A DNA stretch of 58,169 bases, filler included, from Catajapyx aquilonaris (lineage: Eukaryota), in NCBI GenBank assembly GCA_000934665.2. It is 3 parts of 3 records of this genome, joined end to end, with 100 filler letters (N's around TTAATTAATTAA, not from the genome) between each part and the next. Parts side by side here need not be neighbours in the genome. Positions count along the whole stretch, not along the records: positions 1 to 19,338 come from JYFJ02006484.1; 2 more parts are not named here. One strand, 5' to 3'. The notes beneath the pieces are model-generated. The model was not told the DNA's origin. It was given only the letters and a program-made list of their open reading frames with translations, and did not search any database. The position numbers were made by a program, and so were the translations under genes. This document shows positions 1 to 13,731 of the stretch, in pieces. Within the stretch, counting starts at the first letter, position 1. Every line of letters starts with the position of its first letter.

Positions 1-97
1 AAAACCAAGGTCAGGATCGCCGGCCTCCGGGGTTCGAACCCAGGACCTCCCGATTAGCAGTCGGATACCAAATCCCCTCCGCTACCACTGCTTCGGT
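1..97 (-). mobile_element. 5' tRNA-derived head of a SINE (continues off the left edge of the window)
   Basis: Reverse strand reads ACCGAAGCAGTGGTAGCGGAGG...GGGTTCGAACCCC, with Pol III A-box and B-box motifs, then continues into non-tRNA sequence. Confidence 0.7.
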
Positions 98-184
98 TTG
101 AAATACTTATTGTCATTTTGATGATCCATTTATTGACATTCTCACTTGTACATCTTTTTCCAGGAACTGTTACCTTCAATTTAT

Positions 185-1300
185 TATTTTGTTCTTTGCA
201 GGCACTGTTAGAATAACACTTAGAATTACATTTAGTATTACTTGAACGCTATTTACATTTCATATCAATGCAGTGCCTGTTCCAACTACAACTTAGGAAT
301 CCCTGCTTACTACAGGTTGAATTTAAAGCTGAATCCGATCGACGAGATACATAACTGGAGGGAACTTCGTTCAGATCTATAAAATTTGAATCAGCAGTTG
401 TTGTGAACTAATTGCGGGCATACAGCCTCTCTAAAACGCTTTCCAACTGGTAGAGCCCAGATGCATTAACGTCTATAACAACCCCTGACACATTCCTATG
501 TAGGAGAAAACATCCTAATCACGACGACGCTTCTCCCTATATCGACTGGGGGAAGCCTTGATTTGGACAGGAAACAATTTTCTCACCTTATTTTTTATGA
601 TTGAATCTTGTGCCTTGACGCTTACTTTTTGTGGTCTCTTTCCTTGAACACAGGTTGCAAGTCTGATTTGCTATCCAAACCCCACATTTTCTTCTGAATA
701 TTTTCCACAGATAATGTAAACAGACTGATCACAAACAAAGCACTCTTGTGAGCACAAGAAGACTTTCTCACAAACCGCACAGTAGTAGCCTACACTTGTT
801 TTTGAGTCACTTTCTCAATGTTTTATCTTGTCACTTATACTTAGTGTTGGCTCCATCTTCACCTCTTCTGCTCTGAATGTTGTTAGCGTCTTATTCGTCA
901 TGAGATTGTATTTTATTGCTGCTAATATTTGTGAGGTAAAGAGCTGTTCTAATTCCTTTTCAGTTTCTATTGAAGTGTAGACGCTCTTGTGAAAAGAGCT
1001 TCAAGTCCGATCCTTTGTGCTCTGCCAAGCAGAGCTTCATAAGGGCTGGTCTTAATTCCTGCGTGCACCGGTCAGTTCTTCTTGCTCTGAATCTGAATAA
1101 AACAAAATCCATCTGACCATCTCTGTATGTTGTTGTCGGTCATGCACGCTACCAACATGATTGTCTCTAACATCTTGGTTTGATCTCTCGACCGATCCCT
1201 GACTTTGGGAATGTCCTGGCTTTCCAGTTATCCTTTAAATCATATTGTTTTTTCTTCTTGGGTTTTCAATGTTGCAGATGGCACACGATTGCGTCAGCTT
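185..1300 (-). mobile_element. Degenerate Ginger2-like (KRBA2/SCAND3-type) integrase/transposase fossil
   Basis: Minus-strand translation across stops and frameshifts gives GKPGHSQSQGSVERSNQDV...WSDGFCFIQ...HAGIKTSPYEALLG (about 1225-1000). This is followed by a Cys/His-rich segment (CAVCEK...AHK.CFVCDQSV.IICG...GFG...CNLC), then LYQL...LERLYARN, and a C-terminal QGFLSCS...C...CNSKC...C segment. This is the domain order of KRBA2/SCAND3-like Ginger2 transposases. Confidence 0.85.
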
Positions 1301-4300
1301 CGAGTTGTTGAGCTATATAGGATGTAATGAAAACGCTGACCTGACGCCTTGCCTGACGCATGATGAAGGATGTTTGGCTCCTACAGCGCTAACAGGAATG
1401 TGTCAAGGGTTGTAATAGACTCTACCCGTTGGACACCAAGGAGAGGCGGGTATGGTTACGCCTGGAATTCATCTGCGAGCAGTTGACCAGACAGTGTTCC
1501 AGATATTTTCCTTTTTGGTCATAACGAGATGTCGGGGAGAACCGCACGTTATACTAATTTTTGTTCAGTTCCCTTCCAGGTTTTACGAGGGTTCGATGTT
1601 CGGGGGTAGGTGGTAAGAGGAAGATTTAAAATAGTTAAGGGAGAGTGTGTCATAAACCATTTGACCTGATATCTTGTGCATGTAGTATAGAAATGATTGT
1701 CCCTGCATATGAGTTAATAATGTGCTCAGATGTCAGCTAATGTGTGAAACACGTATACATAAGAAAAATCCAGAAAAATTGGTATGAATTGGATATGGAG
1801 TTGTATGAAATTGAAATTTTGACCAGTGTTGCATTTTTAATCATTATATTATCTCCTGCACATGTAAAGTACCTTGTATATACCTGACCAGTCATCAGAG
1901 GTTTTACGTGTGTCGGTCATGTGAGATGGCAAGGGGTTGTGTCGGGTTGTGTTCACCTGGTCATCGCTGGCTATACCTTGTCATGGGATAAAGCCATGAG
2001 GAAGTGAATGGATATATGGATTTCTGATGACTTCTGGAACATCATCCTGCGCATGTATAACACTTACACACAAATCATCTGTGCCACAACTGGTTAGAGA
2101 CCACACTTCATTTTAGATAATTCATTCCTTGCATTGACTGATGATCTCCTGAAGACTGATTGATCATTGAAGAGAGTTTGATGTTAATATGGAGGCTGAT
2201 ACAATATTTCATTTTGTTGTTTTGAAGATGAAACCATTGCATTGCACATGGAACTTTCATCATGGAAGATGATGCTTGTAAGTTTGTGATATTTTTCTAT
2301 GGTTAGAGCATAGATTAAGAAGGTACCTTCTCAATCTATGGGTTAGAGTGACAACTGGTATGCTGGAATGGCACTTCAGGGACATTCGATTTTTTTCAAA
2401 CTAAAACAGACGTGTATTTGATGGTGTGTTATTTGAAAATAACAGCTTTTTAAAGTCATAAACAGAGTCAAGTAATTTGGAGTGGTTTATAGTGGAAAGT
2501 AGTGAGCACTATGGAATAGTGAAAAGTTGAGACAGATAATATGTTTTGAATATTTTGTTATGTTTCAGGATGTATGGCAGTGATTAATTTGTGTTGTAAC
2601 TTCCATGCTTAATTTGTTTCCGCGGAAAAAAATCAGGCCAAGAACTTTTTGCATTTTTCACTGGCGGTTATTACGTTTTTCTCCCCAGCCCTTCATTATT
2701 GTAAAGAGTATTTTAATATTTCTAACAGTTGTGAGAATTATATTAAGCAACTTGTCTCATGTCAATATGTTACTGACTGTTACAGCACGAGTGATTTGTC
2801 TGAAAAATGCCGAGCGAATGTGGGATTCATTGAGAATGTGAGAGCAAATGCCCTGTCTGATATGCAGGCAGCATGAACCATGAAAATGAAGAGTGACCAG
2901 AAACTACCAGACAAGACAAGGTGGGCTACTATAATTCCAGTGCCATGATAATCATTTCAGGGAATTTAAGCACATGCTAACACTGTTGAAAATATCTTAC
3001 TGTCAGATTCAAAAGGAGTTAGAATCATTTTCAAATTCTCCTGACGAGAAGGAAATTCAACATTATGGTATACAAGCCTTTCTGGGTGATACTATTGCTG
3101 GGGACACCTGGTGGAAACCAGAGCCACACCTACCCTATGATCTCACTTCACCCTTTAGCACTTGGAATGGGCAAATGCAACATGAAAGACTTCTGCATGT
3201 GATGTCATTAAGGTCTCTTATGGTAAGGAACACACTTTATCTTCATGCAGGATGTTTCAATGTAATGATTAATTTTTTGTAGTTTGGCAGCAACCAAAGT
3301 TGAATGAGAGCAATAATGTGTCTCCTGAGTTATCATGGTCATATCTATCATCAGGTCTCCTGACTGTATCATACCAACTTATGTACTTCGTGAAGAAGTG
3401 AACTTGCCTGAGGCTGAGCTGCCAGAAGACCATTAGGTGCCCCCAGATATCACAGTAGCATGTGTCTCAAATGGTTAAGCAAAAAGAGAAAGGAGGTGAT
3501 GGTGGCTTGGCTGCTGTGAATAAATAATGTGATGATGAGTGCACCAGCAAGAATATGGAAAGAGAGAGCAAGCCATTAAATGGGATAAATGCAGATGATG
3601 AAGTCCAGGAAGTGGTAGATGACACGAATGCTCAAGAAACTGCACCTGCCAAGGAAAATAGTGAGCAAAGTACCGAAGTGTCAATAAGTAGCTCTGATAA
3701 AACAGAGAAGATAGTTAACATATCTGGAATGAAGAAAGCAGAGAGAGAGTCAAGTACTATGAACAATGAATGAACTGTTTGTGATGATACCCAAGAAGAA
3801 AGCAACAATGAGGCTGAAGAAAATATTCAAGATGTTAAATGTTTGATCACCACAGAAACAAGTGTGGGGAAGAAGAAAGCAAATTACTGACTAAAGTAAT
3901 CAAAGATGATGAATCACCATAAGCGAGATGAATAACTGGAGCACTGAACTAATAGGGAAATGAGAGCTCTAACAGCACAAGTTCCGTATCCCATGGTCAC
4001 AAGAAGTATTTAAAAAATGATTATAATTATATATATAGTTTTTATTATATTATTTTTTACATCTACATTTTTCAACCTAGTGCTGCGTATTTCGTTCTCA
4101 ATATATTTATGATAGTGTGAAGGCATTATTTTATAATATTATGCACTAGCAAGTGAGAGAAGGTCCTGGGGGACTGAAACGTAACCCCACCTTATTAACA
4201 CGGTAAGTTATTTCTGCTTTGACAATCAGTCTTTAGGTAATGACAGACAAATTATCTTGCTCATTACTCTGCATTGTTTACTGGGATGCATAATGCATGT

Positions 4301-4617
4301 ACAAGATATGGCTTTGGGCAATCAGCCCTTAGTTTGCCTTTTGCGGTATACGCACAATGCCACTTGGTGGTTTAGAAATGTGCAGCTCCACTCAAACACT
4401 ATGGCTCCAATGCAATTACCCCAATCTCGAGCCACTTTCACTTGCAGTTTATGCATGAAATGTGCCTGTACTTTAAAGATCAATTGACTTGACAACCCTC
4501 TAATCCATACATATCACAGATTGCTACGTGTGGAAAAGGATGATTTCTAACTCTCTAAATAACTTTTCCAACCAAATAGGGAATAAGAAGTATGGTTGTT
4601 CCAATGTAAAATAATTG

Positions 4618-4971
4618 GGGGAGGCACGGTGGCCGAGATGGTAACGTCTCGGCTTGCTATGCGAAAGGTCCCGGGTTCAAATCCCCACCCGGGAACAAAC
4701 CTTTCGCTTGCGTCATTGGGTCATGACCCGCCCCTAAGGAGGCGTCTTGGCAACCTGACCTCCTGGGGGACTGCACCTGGCCCACCACTGGGCAATGCAC
4801 CTGCACATGTGTTCCCTCCCCAAAATCCCCTACCCTATTTCCTAGTATTCCTTGCACCGGTGATTGAAGTAAACACAAGAGAAAATTGTATGGTGGTCTG
4901 CCACCCCCCTAAAGCGGCCTATAGGGTTGCATCACGGGGTAAATAAAATAAAATAAAATAAATAAAATAAA
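4618..4971 (+). mobile_element. Full-length tRNA-derived SINE with 15-bp target-site duplication
   Basis: A box TGGCCGAGATGG, B box GGTTCAAATCC and (TAAAA)n tail. Flanked by the direct repeat AATGTAAAATAATTG at 4603-4617 and 4972-4986. Confidence 0.9.
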
Positions 4972-6394
4972 AATGTAAAATAATTGTCACTATTAGAATA
5001 GTTCATGGGCCCCAGCAATGGCCACGTTAGACAACTAAAAGTTGTGATATGCTTTAAATGTCCCCCAAGCATATGATATTATATTTATGAAACAGAGTCA
5101 ACACAGAAATACACCAATAAAGGTTGCACATTTGGGCAGGCAATATCAGGTGTGAAAAGTGCAGCACTCACTTTCATCTGCTGCGTGTAAGTGAATTAGG
5201 TCTCTGCGTATTCGAAGTCAACTAAATAATCTGATTATACTGTGTATGAGAGCAGTGCTATTTCATTGTTGGACCATCTAGTGCAATCTTTTGACATTAT
5301 GCATTATGATGGCCAATATGTGTGTATTGACTTTTTTTCAGTGACTAACATGGGATTGTTGAAATCCTTGGGGCATTATGGCCAGCCTTTTCTAAAGGAT
5401 CTTCAGAATTCAGTCGCCCTTCAAGCGTCAAAAAGTATTTGCATCCTGACGATTTCACACACTATCTCCTAAATAAGCAAGCTCAGGCCCTATATTCAGC
5501 AGGACTATACTCCTGTCCTGCTTATAATAATTATGGTCACGATGAAGTAGCAAGTCATCCACCCTAAGGTGACAACACTGGTCAGGGAATTTGGTGATTT
5601 GTCACCTGCAACCAGTGGGAAGGTTGGTAATATTTTTCTTCTGCCTTATCCTTAATTTGAGTGGAAAATTGACAAGATTGTGGTAAATGGTATAGAGTAA
5701 ATATTAACCTGTTGACGTTATTTTTATTGTTGTGGGGATAGGCTGAAATCGGAGGATAAAAATAACTGTGGTGTAGCCTATGTGGATTACCCCAAATTAA
5801 AGTGAATCTAATGATAGGTGGAACCGTAGAACTCATTGCATAAGAGGTGGGCCCTCGGGTGGGCCTCAACAGAAATGGTGTGCACATTAGTGTTGGAACA
5901 CTATTGAGTGGAATCGATACCATTTGTTTATTTATTCCAAGGAAAACAGTCAGATGGAAAGGAGAAATTCTGGCCCATCATGTGTATGGATTACCACTTT
6001 GCTGATTTATCCGTGTCATAACTCCTCCCACAAAATCAACATCAACCTAAAAATTGATGAAGTTGGTCATATACAGGGTGTCCCAAGTATATGCATCAGG
6101 TCGCTTTAGTTATAGACAATTTATTGTGCTCGAATATCAGTTATTTTTTGTAGATTGTTGCGACCAGATCCACAGGTGGAGCAACTGTGCAAAACCTAGC
6201 TTGGTTGTGACCACGGTCATGTTGTGACTGACGAACTTACTGTTGTTGGAGAACAAAAGAGTGCAGAGAAGCACACAAGACACAACTACACTCTTTATTG
6301 TAATTGGTTACCTCATTATAGACCTGTGATTTTTAGGGGGCTCCTTTAAATGACCTAACTTTATTTCATCAGTGTTGCCAAAGGCTTTTAATTA

Positions 6395-6525
6395 CACGAG
6401 GGATCGAGGGAATCCAAAGATAACCCACATGAACATGAATAGAAACCATCAAAATTCTTACAACCTCAGAAAATACTGCCTGACATGGGGATCGAACTCA
6501 GAACCTCAGTGGTGCTAACTACCAC
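6395..6525 (-). mobile_element. Degenerate SINE fragment
   Basis: GGGGATCGAACTC (reverse B box) plus an AACCCACATGAACA body motif also seen near 21025 and 40790. Confidence 0.45.
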
Positions 6526-7382
6526 ATAATGCTGTCCTAATCATCATCAAGCTTACATTATATATTTTTTCGCTCACTTCCCCATTCTCATCTACCGTTT
6601 ATTGCTAGGTATCAGAACACCTGCATGATTTGTGGTATACGAGTAAAATGGGGAAGGACATGCAATTTGCTTTTCAGGCCATCCTTGGTGTAATCTTTGG
6701 TGTTGTAATTTTCTTCACCTTCTAAAGTACTTCTGCTTCGGGTATTTGAGCTGCTGATGGTCCATTGAAGTAATTTATCACTATAAGTATATTGTCAGGG
6801 CCAACTAAGTCCGTTGACACCGAATCATCATGTACACAACCCAAGCTAAACTCTATCAACGACTGTATGGTTTCAGAACATTCCCTGTTATGAGAAAAGT
6901 GAAGATCAAAATTTGTTTAGCAAGTATTCATCTGATATTAGAGGCGAGATATGGCTCACCCCAGCATGAGATGTGTCAAGAAAATGTCATTTTATTACTG
7001 TTGCTGCACACCTCAGGAAGTGCAAGAAGCACATTCATAGGATTTTCCATAAAGCAGTTCTCATGATAATCACTCATCACAGTCCGTCTTTCTTACGTAC
7101 AATGTTTCCACGCTGCCCTGTACTCTGATGAAAGCATTTTGTTATGAGTACATAGGGTACATAATACTGTAGGCCTATGTGATTACTCTGCACCAACAGA
7201 AATGGAAGAACTTCCATAAAACCCATTCTAAACGGAGGTAACTTTGCAATGTTATATTTCCTAGTAATATAATAAATTATTGTCCTTCGTCGCAAAAAAG
7301 CATTTTGTGCCTCATGCATTGACGAACGGGCCCACAGGAGAATACTGTCCAAAATTCTCTCAAAATTATCTACTACTGGTAT

Positions 7383-7383
7383 T

Positions 7384-7420
<37 letters not shown>

Positions 7421-7754
7421 TCCGGGGTAGTGCTGACCTCATCAGAGGTATGTAGCACGGACCTTTATTTATTTTTGTCGTGTACATTGGAGCCTTTATA
7501 CATAACGCCCGGGCCCACGGGCAGGATGACAGGAGGGGATGTGCAAGGTGCAGTGCAATGTCTTAAACGTGGCCATTTTTAGTGAACTCCCCCGGGTGGT
7601 TTAGTCTGTGGAAATACCACCCGAGACGAAGCCAGAGGTGACCCTGAACTCTGCACGAGATGAAGGGGGTATCCCCGGGTTGGGATCGAACTCGGGACCT
7701 TAACATCCGTGGGCGCGTACGTTACCGCAGCACCACTTCGGTCTTCGCCTCCCC
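7383..7754 (-). mobile_element. Full-length tRNA-derived SINE with (ATT)n tail and 14-bp target-site duplication
   Basis: Reverse strand has TGGTGCTGCGG (A-box-like) and GAGTTCGATCC (B box). The (AAT)n run at about 7386-7420 is the tail. Direct repeat TCTACTACTGGTAT at 7369-7382 and 7755-7768. Confidence 0.9.
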
Positions 7755-10700
7755 TCTACTACTGGTATAAGCGTTGCCTCTGGTCCACAAATGGGTAGTC
7801 TCATTTAATAATTAATAATGCACTTGAGTACAAGGCAATTAAGAATGTTCAATGGCAAATATTTTAATTCCAATAATAATCCAACAATAACAATGCAGGA
7901 CAGCAAAATGTGTAGTCATAAAATAACTTCAGGACACAGCAAGAATTATATAACACAACAATTTACAGTCATAATTTTCACAACCAATAATGGGCAGTAC
8001 GGTAACACTTTTTCATGACACAAGGTCATATTAGGAACCGCAATAGGCCCAGATTGCAGGTTCAGCAATGCACCTGTATTTCTTTAAAAATAGGTGAGGG
8101 TATTGCCCCCCAAATGACCCTATATGACATCATACGGCTCTGTCAAATTGACCCCCGAATCAAGCTTGCTATTATCCCTACCCGAGAAATAAATCTCACA
8201 GAAATTATCAGGCAATAGAAATGTAATCATAGAGATCAGAATGATATCTATTGCCCGTGTAAAGGTTTGCCACGAACCTTACCATGTCTAGACGTAGGGA
8301 TCACTATACCAACATTAGCGCTACCACGCGACCAATTCGACTATAGTGTCAGTTGTGGTTTTGGCCTTTTCTGCATGGTGGCGCCATCCTTGGAACGACA
8401 AGTGGCTCCTCATGCTTCATATCAAAAAATCCAGGTGAAAATGTCTGTAGTATACGCATGAAACTGTTGACATTACAGTGTCAAAGAAACATGTGTGCAC
8501 AAAAAAAATAAGCATGCGGGTAATAGTTGCGTGGGAGTAAGGGTTCCAAAAATATTGCGTGGTAAGTTAGGCAACTGCTGGGAGGAAACAAGCTCGAGTC
8601 TTCCACATCGCGTGCGAGCCTCTCCACGGGACATCTTTGCTTCCGTGTGATAAGTGCTTATCGCAACAAATCCTAGAGCGGACTCCAAAGGACATGCAAA
8701 CCTCTCAGGTGCGGTCGTGTAGCCTAGCTAAAGGCAGACCACCCCCTCCATACAAAAAAAGAAGAAAGAAAGAAAAAAAAGGTCCTAAAACGAGGGTCCC
8801 TTTTGATTCTGCCTTACTCGTCAGGAATTTGTGCCTTTTGGCTTTTGTGCTGGGATATCAGAGAGAGAATATTTTATGCGAAAATGGGTAGTGGCACTCG
8901 TGATATGGGTCATTCCTGTCTATCTTCGCAGTTGGAGGTCTTCCAGATTTTTTTCTCCAATCGGTGGTTGGAATCAGGCAAGTCTATAACACCGTAATTT
9001 CTACTTTGATTTATAACCTTTGTAGAACGCAATCGTAAATTAAAAATTATAAAGGCAGCTTAGGTCTTAGGCATATTTTAGTAGACGTGCCATATAAATA
9101 GTGCTCTCATTTTTATACACATAGCCTACTGTATACTATAGGACTGCATAGTCCATCGCGTAATATTGTCAGAAAAGTCGCTCTTGAAATTCTCTGCTCA
9201 TTACCACTTTTACCAGTATTTTGTAATAATGTTTAATATTTTCCAAAAATAATAAACTTTGCAAGTGAAAAACTTATTGAGTTTTAAGTAACTGCAGCTA
9301 AGTTTTGCATTCTAAATTTTGTACTGTAGGTCTAGATATCATAATTAATATTATTAGGATCAGAGTGTTATTACATTGTTTGATATTCAGGAGGTGGGGC
9401 TACAGTGGCACCATTCTTTTCGGGTGTTTCTTGTGGCTTTCCAAGACAGAGGCACCTTTGTTGATTTTGTCGATTTCGGCTTTACTACTGACATTGAGAT
9501 AATAACATGTTTAGATTACTTTGTCACGCACTCCAGTAAGAGGGGCCATCCTGCGTGCCAGAAGACCTATACAACATGCGTGGTTGGGGGTGGGAGTGTG
9601 TGTGGATTAATCCTCGGGATAACTCAGACTATTATTACGAGTGTGACGAAAGTAAACTTGACGTGAGATTATCTCCTCATTGAAGCCGAAGTCACCAAAT
9701 AAACTGGAGAAATGTCTCAGGGCATCGCAAATAACATATAAATTCGAGAGGATGGTACCAAAACTTTGTACCATACGAGCCATATACTAAGAGATGGGTT
9801 CATGAATACCTCTTCAGAAGCTGTAAACAGGCCCATTTCACTTTTTAAGGACACATAATCTGTGTGGTACAGCCGTGTACTGTACTGTTATAAGAAATGT
9901 ATGGATTTGAACTTTCAGAACTGAATATGTTATGTGTATTGCCGGCCAGGCAGTGTATGAGAAATTCTGCCAACGGAAAAACCTTCTTGTATACTGGACA
10001 AGCTGAGTACGAAAGTGACATCGCAATATTATATGCTACTCATCCTTTAAAAGAAGGATATGATTGACATAATAGACTAATAGCCTGAATAGGAGGCCTT
10101 TTACATGTTCGCACTTAATTTTTTACCGTACATTAAGATTGGTTGTAAAGGATTCCCTACATGTGTGGACTTCATCAGCCGACAAAAGAAGGAACACTAA
10201 AAACCAGAACCATTATAACGAATGGACTTTGCACTCTGGTAGCACTCCATTCGGGTATAAAAAGAATTTGAGAGAACATCCTGATTCTCAGATTACAATC
10301 TGGAAATAATTGGTTCTTGCCACTCGAAAATTGAATAGTCCGTAGGTGCAATGTGCCGGGAAATTAGCTTTCTGAGGACGTATAGGCCTATGCTCGTGCT
10401 AATACCCGGTGGGATCAGCCGGAATCCGTCCTTGCCTTGCAACCGTTGCGTGGCCCGCAGTTCTATTATCCGTGATGGACCATAAAAAATCATAAATCTC
10501 GTGGAGCACATTGGGTTCGGTTTGTTGCCATATTTGATGGTTGGATGGCGTGAGGATCTTTCTCCGTTAGGTTAGCTCTTCGTTTTAACCAGGGATGAAA
10601 ATCTAGTAAAGCGTTGCGATGCATAGGCCAGCAGATTTACGAAGGAGAATCCTCAATCTATTTTTTTTTGTTAGCTCTCTAGCCCTCGTTTTGGAAAATC

Positions 10701-12254
10701 ATGGAAGGAAATCACGCATGGCGATACCATGCCGAGTTGGTGAAGTCTCTGCAGGCCAGACTTGCAACTCGTAGGATCCATTTCAAGTGCCTCTCGGGTC
10801 TCCTCTTGAAAAGCATTAGCCTCACACAGCCTCAGGCTACTATAATTCATACCATAAACTTGTGCGCCTGACGACTCCCGGAGGCAAAATTCAAGTTGTG
10901 CCCTTCTTCTCATGCAACCAGGTCATCTTATTTACAGCACTTTCTCTCAAGGACCAGCTTATAGTAGTTGTATTGTGCTTGAGCTATATGCCGGCGCGTA
11001 CACTTGGCTAAGGAGCCAAAGGCGGCACACCTTACCAAACATAATCGTATTTTCCAGCCTAATTACGGTTGGAAGAAGGTGAGAGAAAGTAGGAAAGCAA
11101 ACTGACAGTGGGCTAAGTAATGGAAGAAATTACTTGATGGGCTCAAATATTGAGTGAAAATTGTTTAAAAAAAAGGCATACTTCATGGAGGAGAGTAACT
11201 GAAAAATCGATTAAATATTGAGCCAAAAAATTATTAAAAATCTTTTAGGGTGTAGGCCAAAAACCCGTTTAATTGAGAATATTTGCAAATGTCATATGTA
11301 CCTTTAAATTCAGAAACTAAAATTCCAATTTTTTCATTCTAGTCATTCGTATGTTACTGGAAACACTGCACTGTCGAATGTATCAAAAGGGATTACGATG
11401 ATTTACAATATAGAAGCTTACAAAGTATCTGTGAACAGTGCCGGTATTATTGTGCGATATTTGAAACTTGAAAGGTATGTTTGAAAGATTGAACACAATA
11501 GTATACCTTTTAAAATTAATTACTTTTCACAATAAATTGATGCCACTATGAATTTTCCACGTCAATACTTCTGAAAACCGCTATCATCTCTTACAAGCTA
11601 CGTATAGCAATGAATAAATTCAATTTTTAGCAACATGCTATGCCTCATTCCGTAAATGCCTTTTACTAAAAAGGGAAATAAAGCGAGCCAATCGAACAAG
11701 AACCCTTTTTCTCAGTAGCTGTAACGTCCTCGTGTTGAGATCGCCATTGCGTGAGAAAGGGACCCCCCTGCTCTTGCTCCCTATTGCCCCTTTTTCCTCC
11801 CTCTACTTTCCTAACAATTGCATGCACGACGTTACCTCTCATCTTAATTGATGGGCCGTCAAGATGGCCTCATGCGATACACCCACTTGGAGGAGAATAC
11901 TTCATTTAGCCTAATGAAAACGCCATCCACAAGCGAGAGTGTATATGTTAGGCTCAAACCCCGAAAACGGCCATTGAAAAAAAACCCTGCCAGACCGCGG
12001 AATGGATGGTTTGAAAAAGAGCATTCCGCGGAATGGTAGTTTTCAAAACGGCCAGACCCCGATATGCTCTTTTTAAAAGCCAGAACGCTTTCTGGACTAA
12101 ACGAAAATGTCAGGGCGCGAATTGCGTGTCGTGATGGCTGGTTTAGAAAACGCCCACAACATGTTGTGTCAGTTTCTTGTTTCCTACTACGCCAAGTAGA
12201 TGCTGGAACTAAATCACCCTATTGTTCTTGGGTAGGCCTACGTATTACTTTCAA

Positions 12255-12560
12255 ACTATAACTAATTCTCTTGTCAATCTCTTCGTCTATTCTACCATTA
12301 CCCTCAAGGACACTACCCAGATATACAAACTGGTTCAATTGCTTAACTCCAACACTAATGCTAAACCAGTCAGAGAGACCTCCACTAGATCTAACACAAG
12401 CTTTCCTCTCTACATACAAGGACTTCACGGCATCCAACAGGCGATGCTTCACTGCATAAAGACACAGAACCTCTAACAAGCCTTCTCTACTACTGTAAAA
12501 CTATCATAAGCTTTCTCTATGTCTACAAAGGCAACAAAATCCTTTTTGTTTACAGCTAAA
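12255..12560 (-). mobile_element. Internally deleted LINE reverse-transcriptase fragment (RTE-like)
   Basis: Translation FVDIEKAYDS...LLDAVKSLY...ACVRSSGGLSDWFSISVGVKQ is joined directly to FVYLGSVLEGNGRIDEEIDKRI. Both are typical non-LTR RT segments, with the catalytic middle missing. Confidence 0.8.
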
Positions 12561-12562
12561 TA

Positions 12563-13731
12563 CTTTTGCCCAAACCCATAATTGGACGGTGTTATGCAAT
12601 AATGAGTCAACCCACAAAAGGGCTTTGAATGTCATACCCGTGAAATTAATTCTGTGTACTTTTCGGTCATTCGTGGCAGAAGTATGCAGATTTTGCCAGC
12701 GTGATTTTAACTGATTGATTGAAGTATGATCCTTTAGGTATATTATGTTCCTGGGGTTAACGCAATTTTTACATTTTTGTGGGTTGGCTCATTATTGCAT
12801 AACACCGTCCAATTATTCGGCCACCCCCAAGAAATGGAGTGGTGGGGTTATAAACAAGATGTAATAAAAAGTTTCCATTAATATTATCAGGACTTTAGTA
12901 TAGATAATTATGAATAGTAACATTTTAGCTAGGAGGATACCAAAATAGAAGTTAATTTGACAGTTAACAACTGAAATAAATACGACTATATCTTGGACAG
13001 TGAATTTCTGTGGTGTCGGGTACAAATTGCAGCTACTACGTTTATTTCTTACGTAGCGAGACGTAAAATTTGATAATGAACCTTAGGAGCCACAAAAACC
13101 CAAAATCCCTATTGAAATTAATTACAAAAAATCTACCACTGAATTAAAAACATTTATCTTGGCTGGGAAATATGAACATTTCTGTGCATTTTTGAATGAA
13201 CGACTTTTAAACCCATTTTACATTAATTGAATTGATATTTTTTATCATAGCACATTGGACTGAGTTCTAAATAAACAATACTATGATATTTTAATTGATT
13301 AATAAATAACACCGTTAAACGCGGTACAGCAAAGTGTATCAATTTCTGGAAAAATTCACCAGCCATGAAGATTTTTTAAGTCCGCGGTAGATTTTTGTAA
13401 TTAATTTTAATACAGGTTTTGGGTTTGTGTTCTCCCTGAGGTTCATTATTAAATTTTATGTCTGGCTAAGTAAGAAATAAACGTAGTGGCAGCAACTTTT
13501 ACCAGACCCCACAGAAATTCATTGTCCAAGGTATAATTATATTTATTTCAGTTGTTAACTGTCAAATTAACTTCAACTTTGGTATCCAACTAGCTCATAT
13601 GTTACTATTCATAATTATCCATACTAAAGTCCAGAGAATCTTAATGGAAACTTTTTATCACATCTTATTTATAACCCCGCCACTCCATTTCTTGGGGGTA
13701 CGGTGGCCCAATAATTATGGGTTTGGGCAAG
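12563..13731. mobile_element. Large foldback/MITE element with roughly 370-bp inverted arms
   Basis: Termini TTGCCCAAACCCATAATT and AATTATGGGTTTGGGCAA, flanked by TA. About 12815-13170 is an imperfect inverted repeat of about 13355-13715. Confidence 0.8.
12584..12810. mobile_element. Small MITE inserted into the left TIR of the foldback element
   Basis: TIRs GGACGGTGTTATGCAATAATGAG and CTCATTATTGCATAACACCGTCC, with AATT duplicated on both sides. The uninterrupted site is visible in the right arm (about 13705-13730). Confidence 0.85.

Noticed and set aside
1860..3950. Coding-like stretches with some splice signals and an acidic ORF (3555-3773)
   Set aside because: Many stops and no recognisable motif; no consistent model could be built.
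4618..4695. tRNA-like sequence (also 1-97 and about 7670-7745)
   Set aside because: These are SINE heads: they continue into non-tRNA bodies, with tails and TSDs where complete.
5582..5923. Faint resemblance to a gypsy integrase fragment
   Set aside because: Too degenerate; no catalytic motif identifiable.
7280..7582. ORF with a poly-Ile, transmembrane-like stretch
   Set aside because: Translation of the (AAT)n SINE tail.
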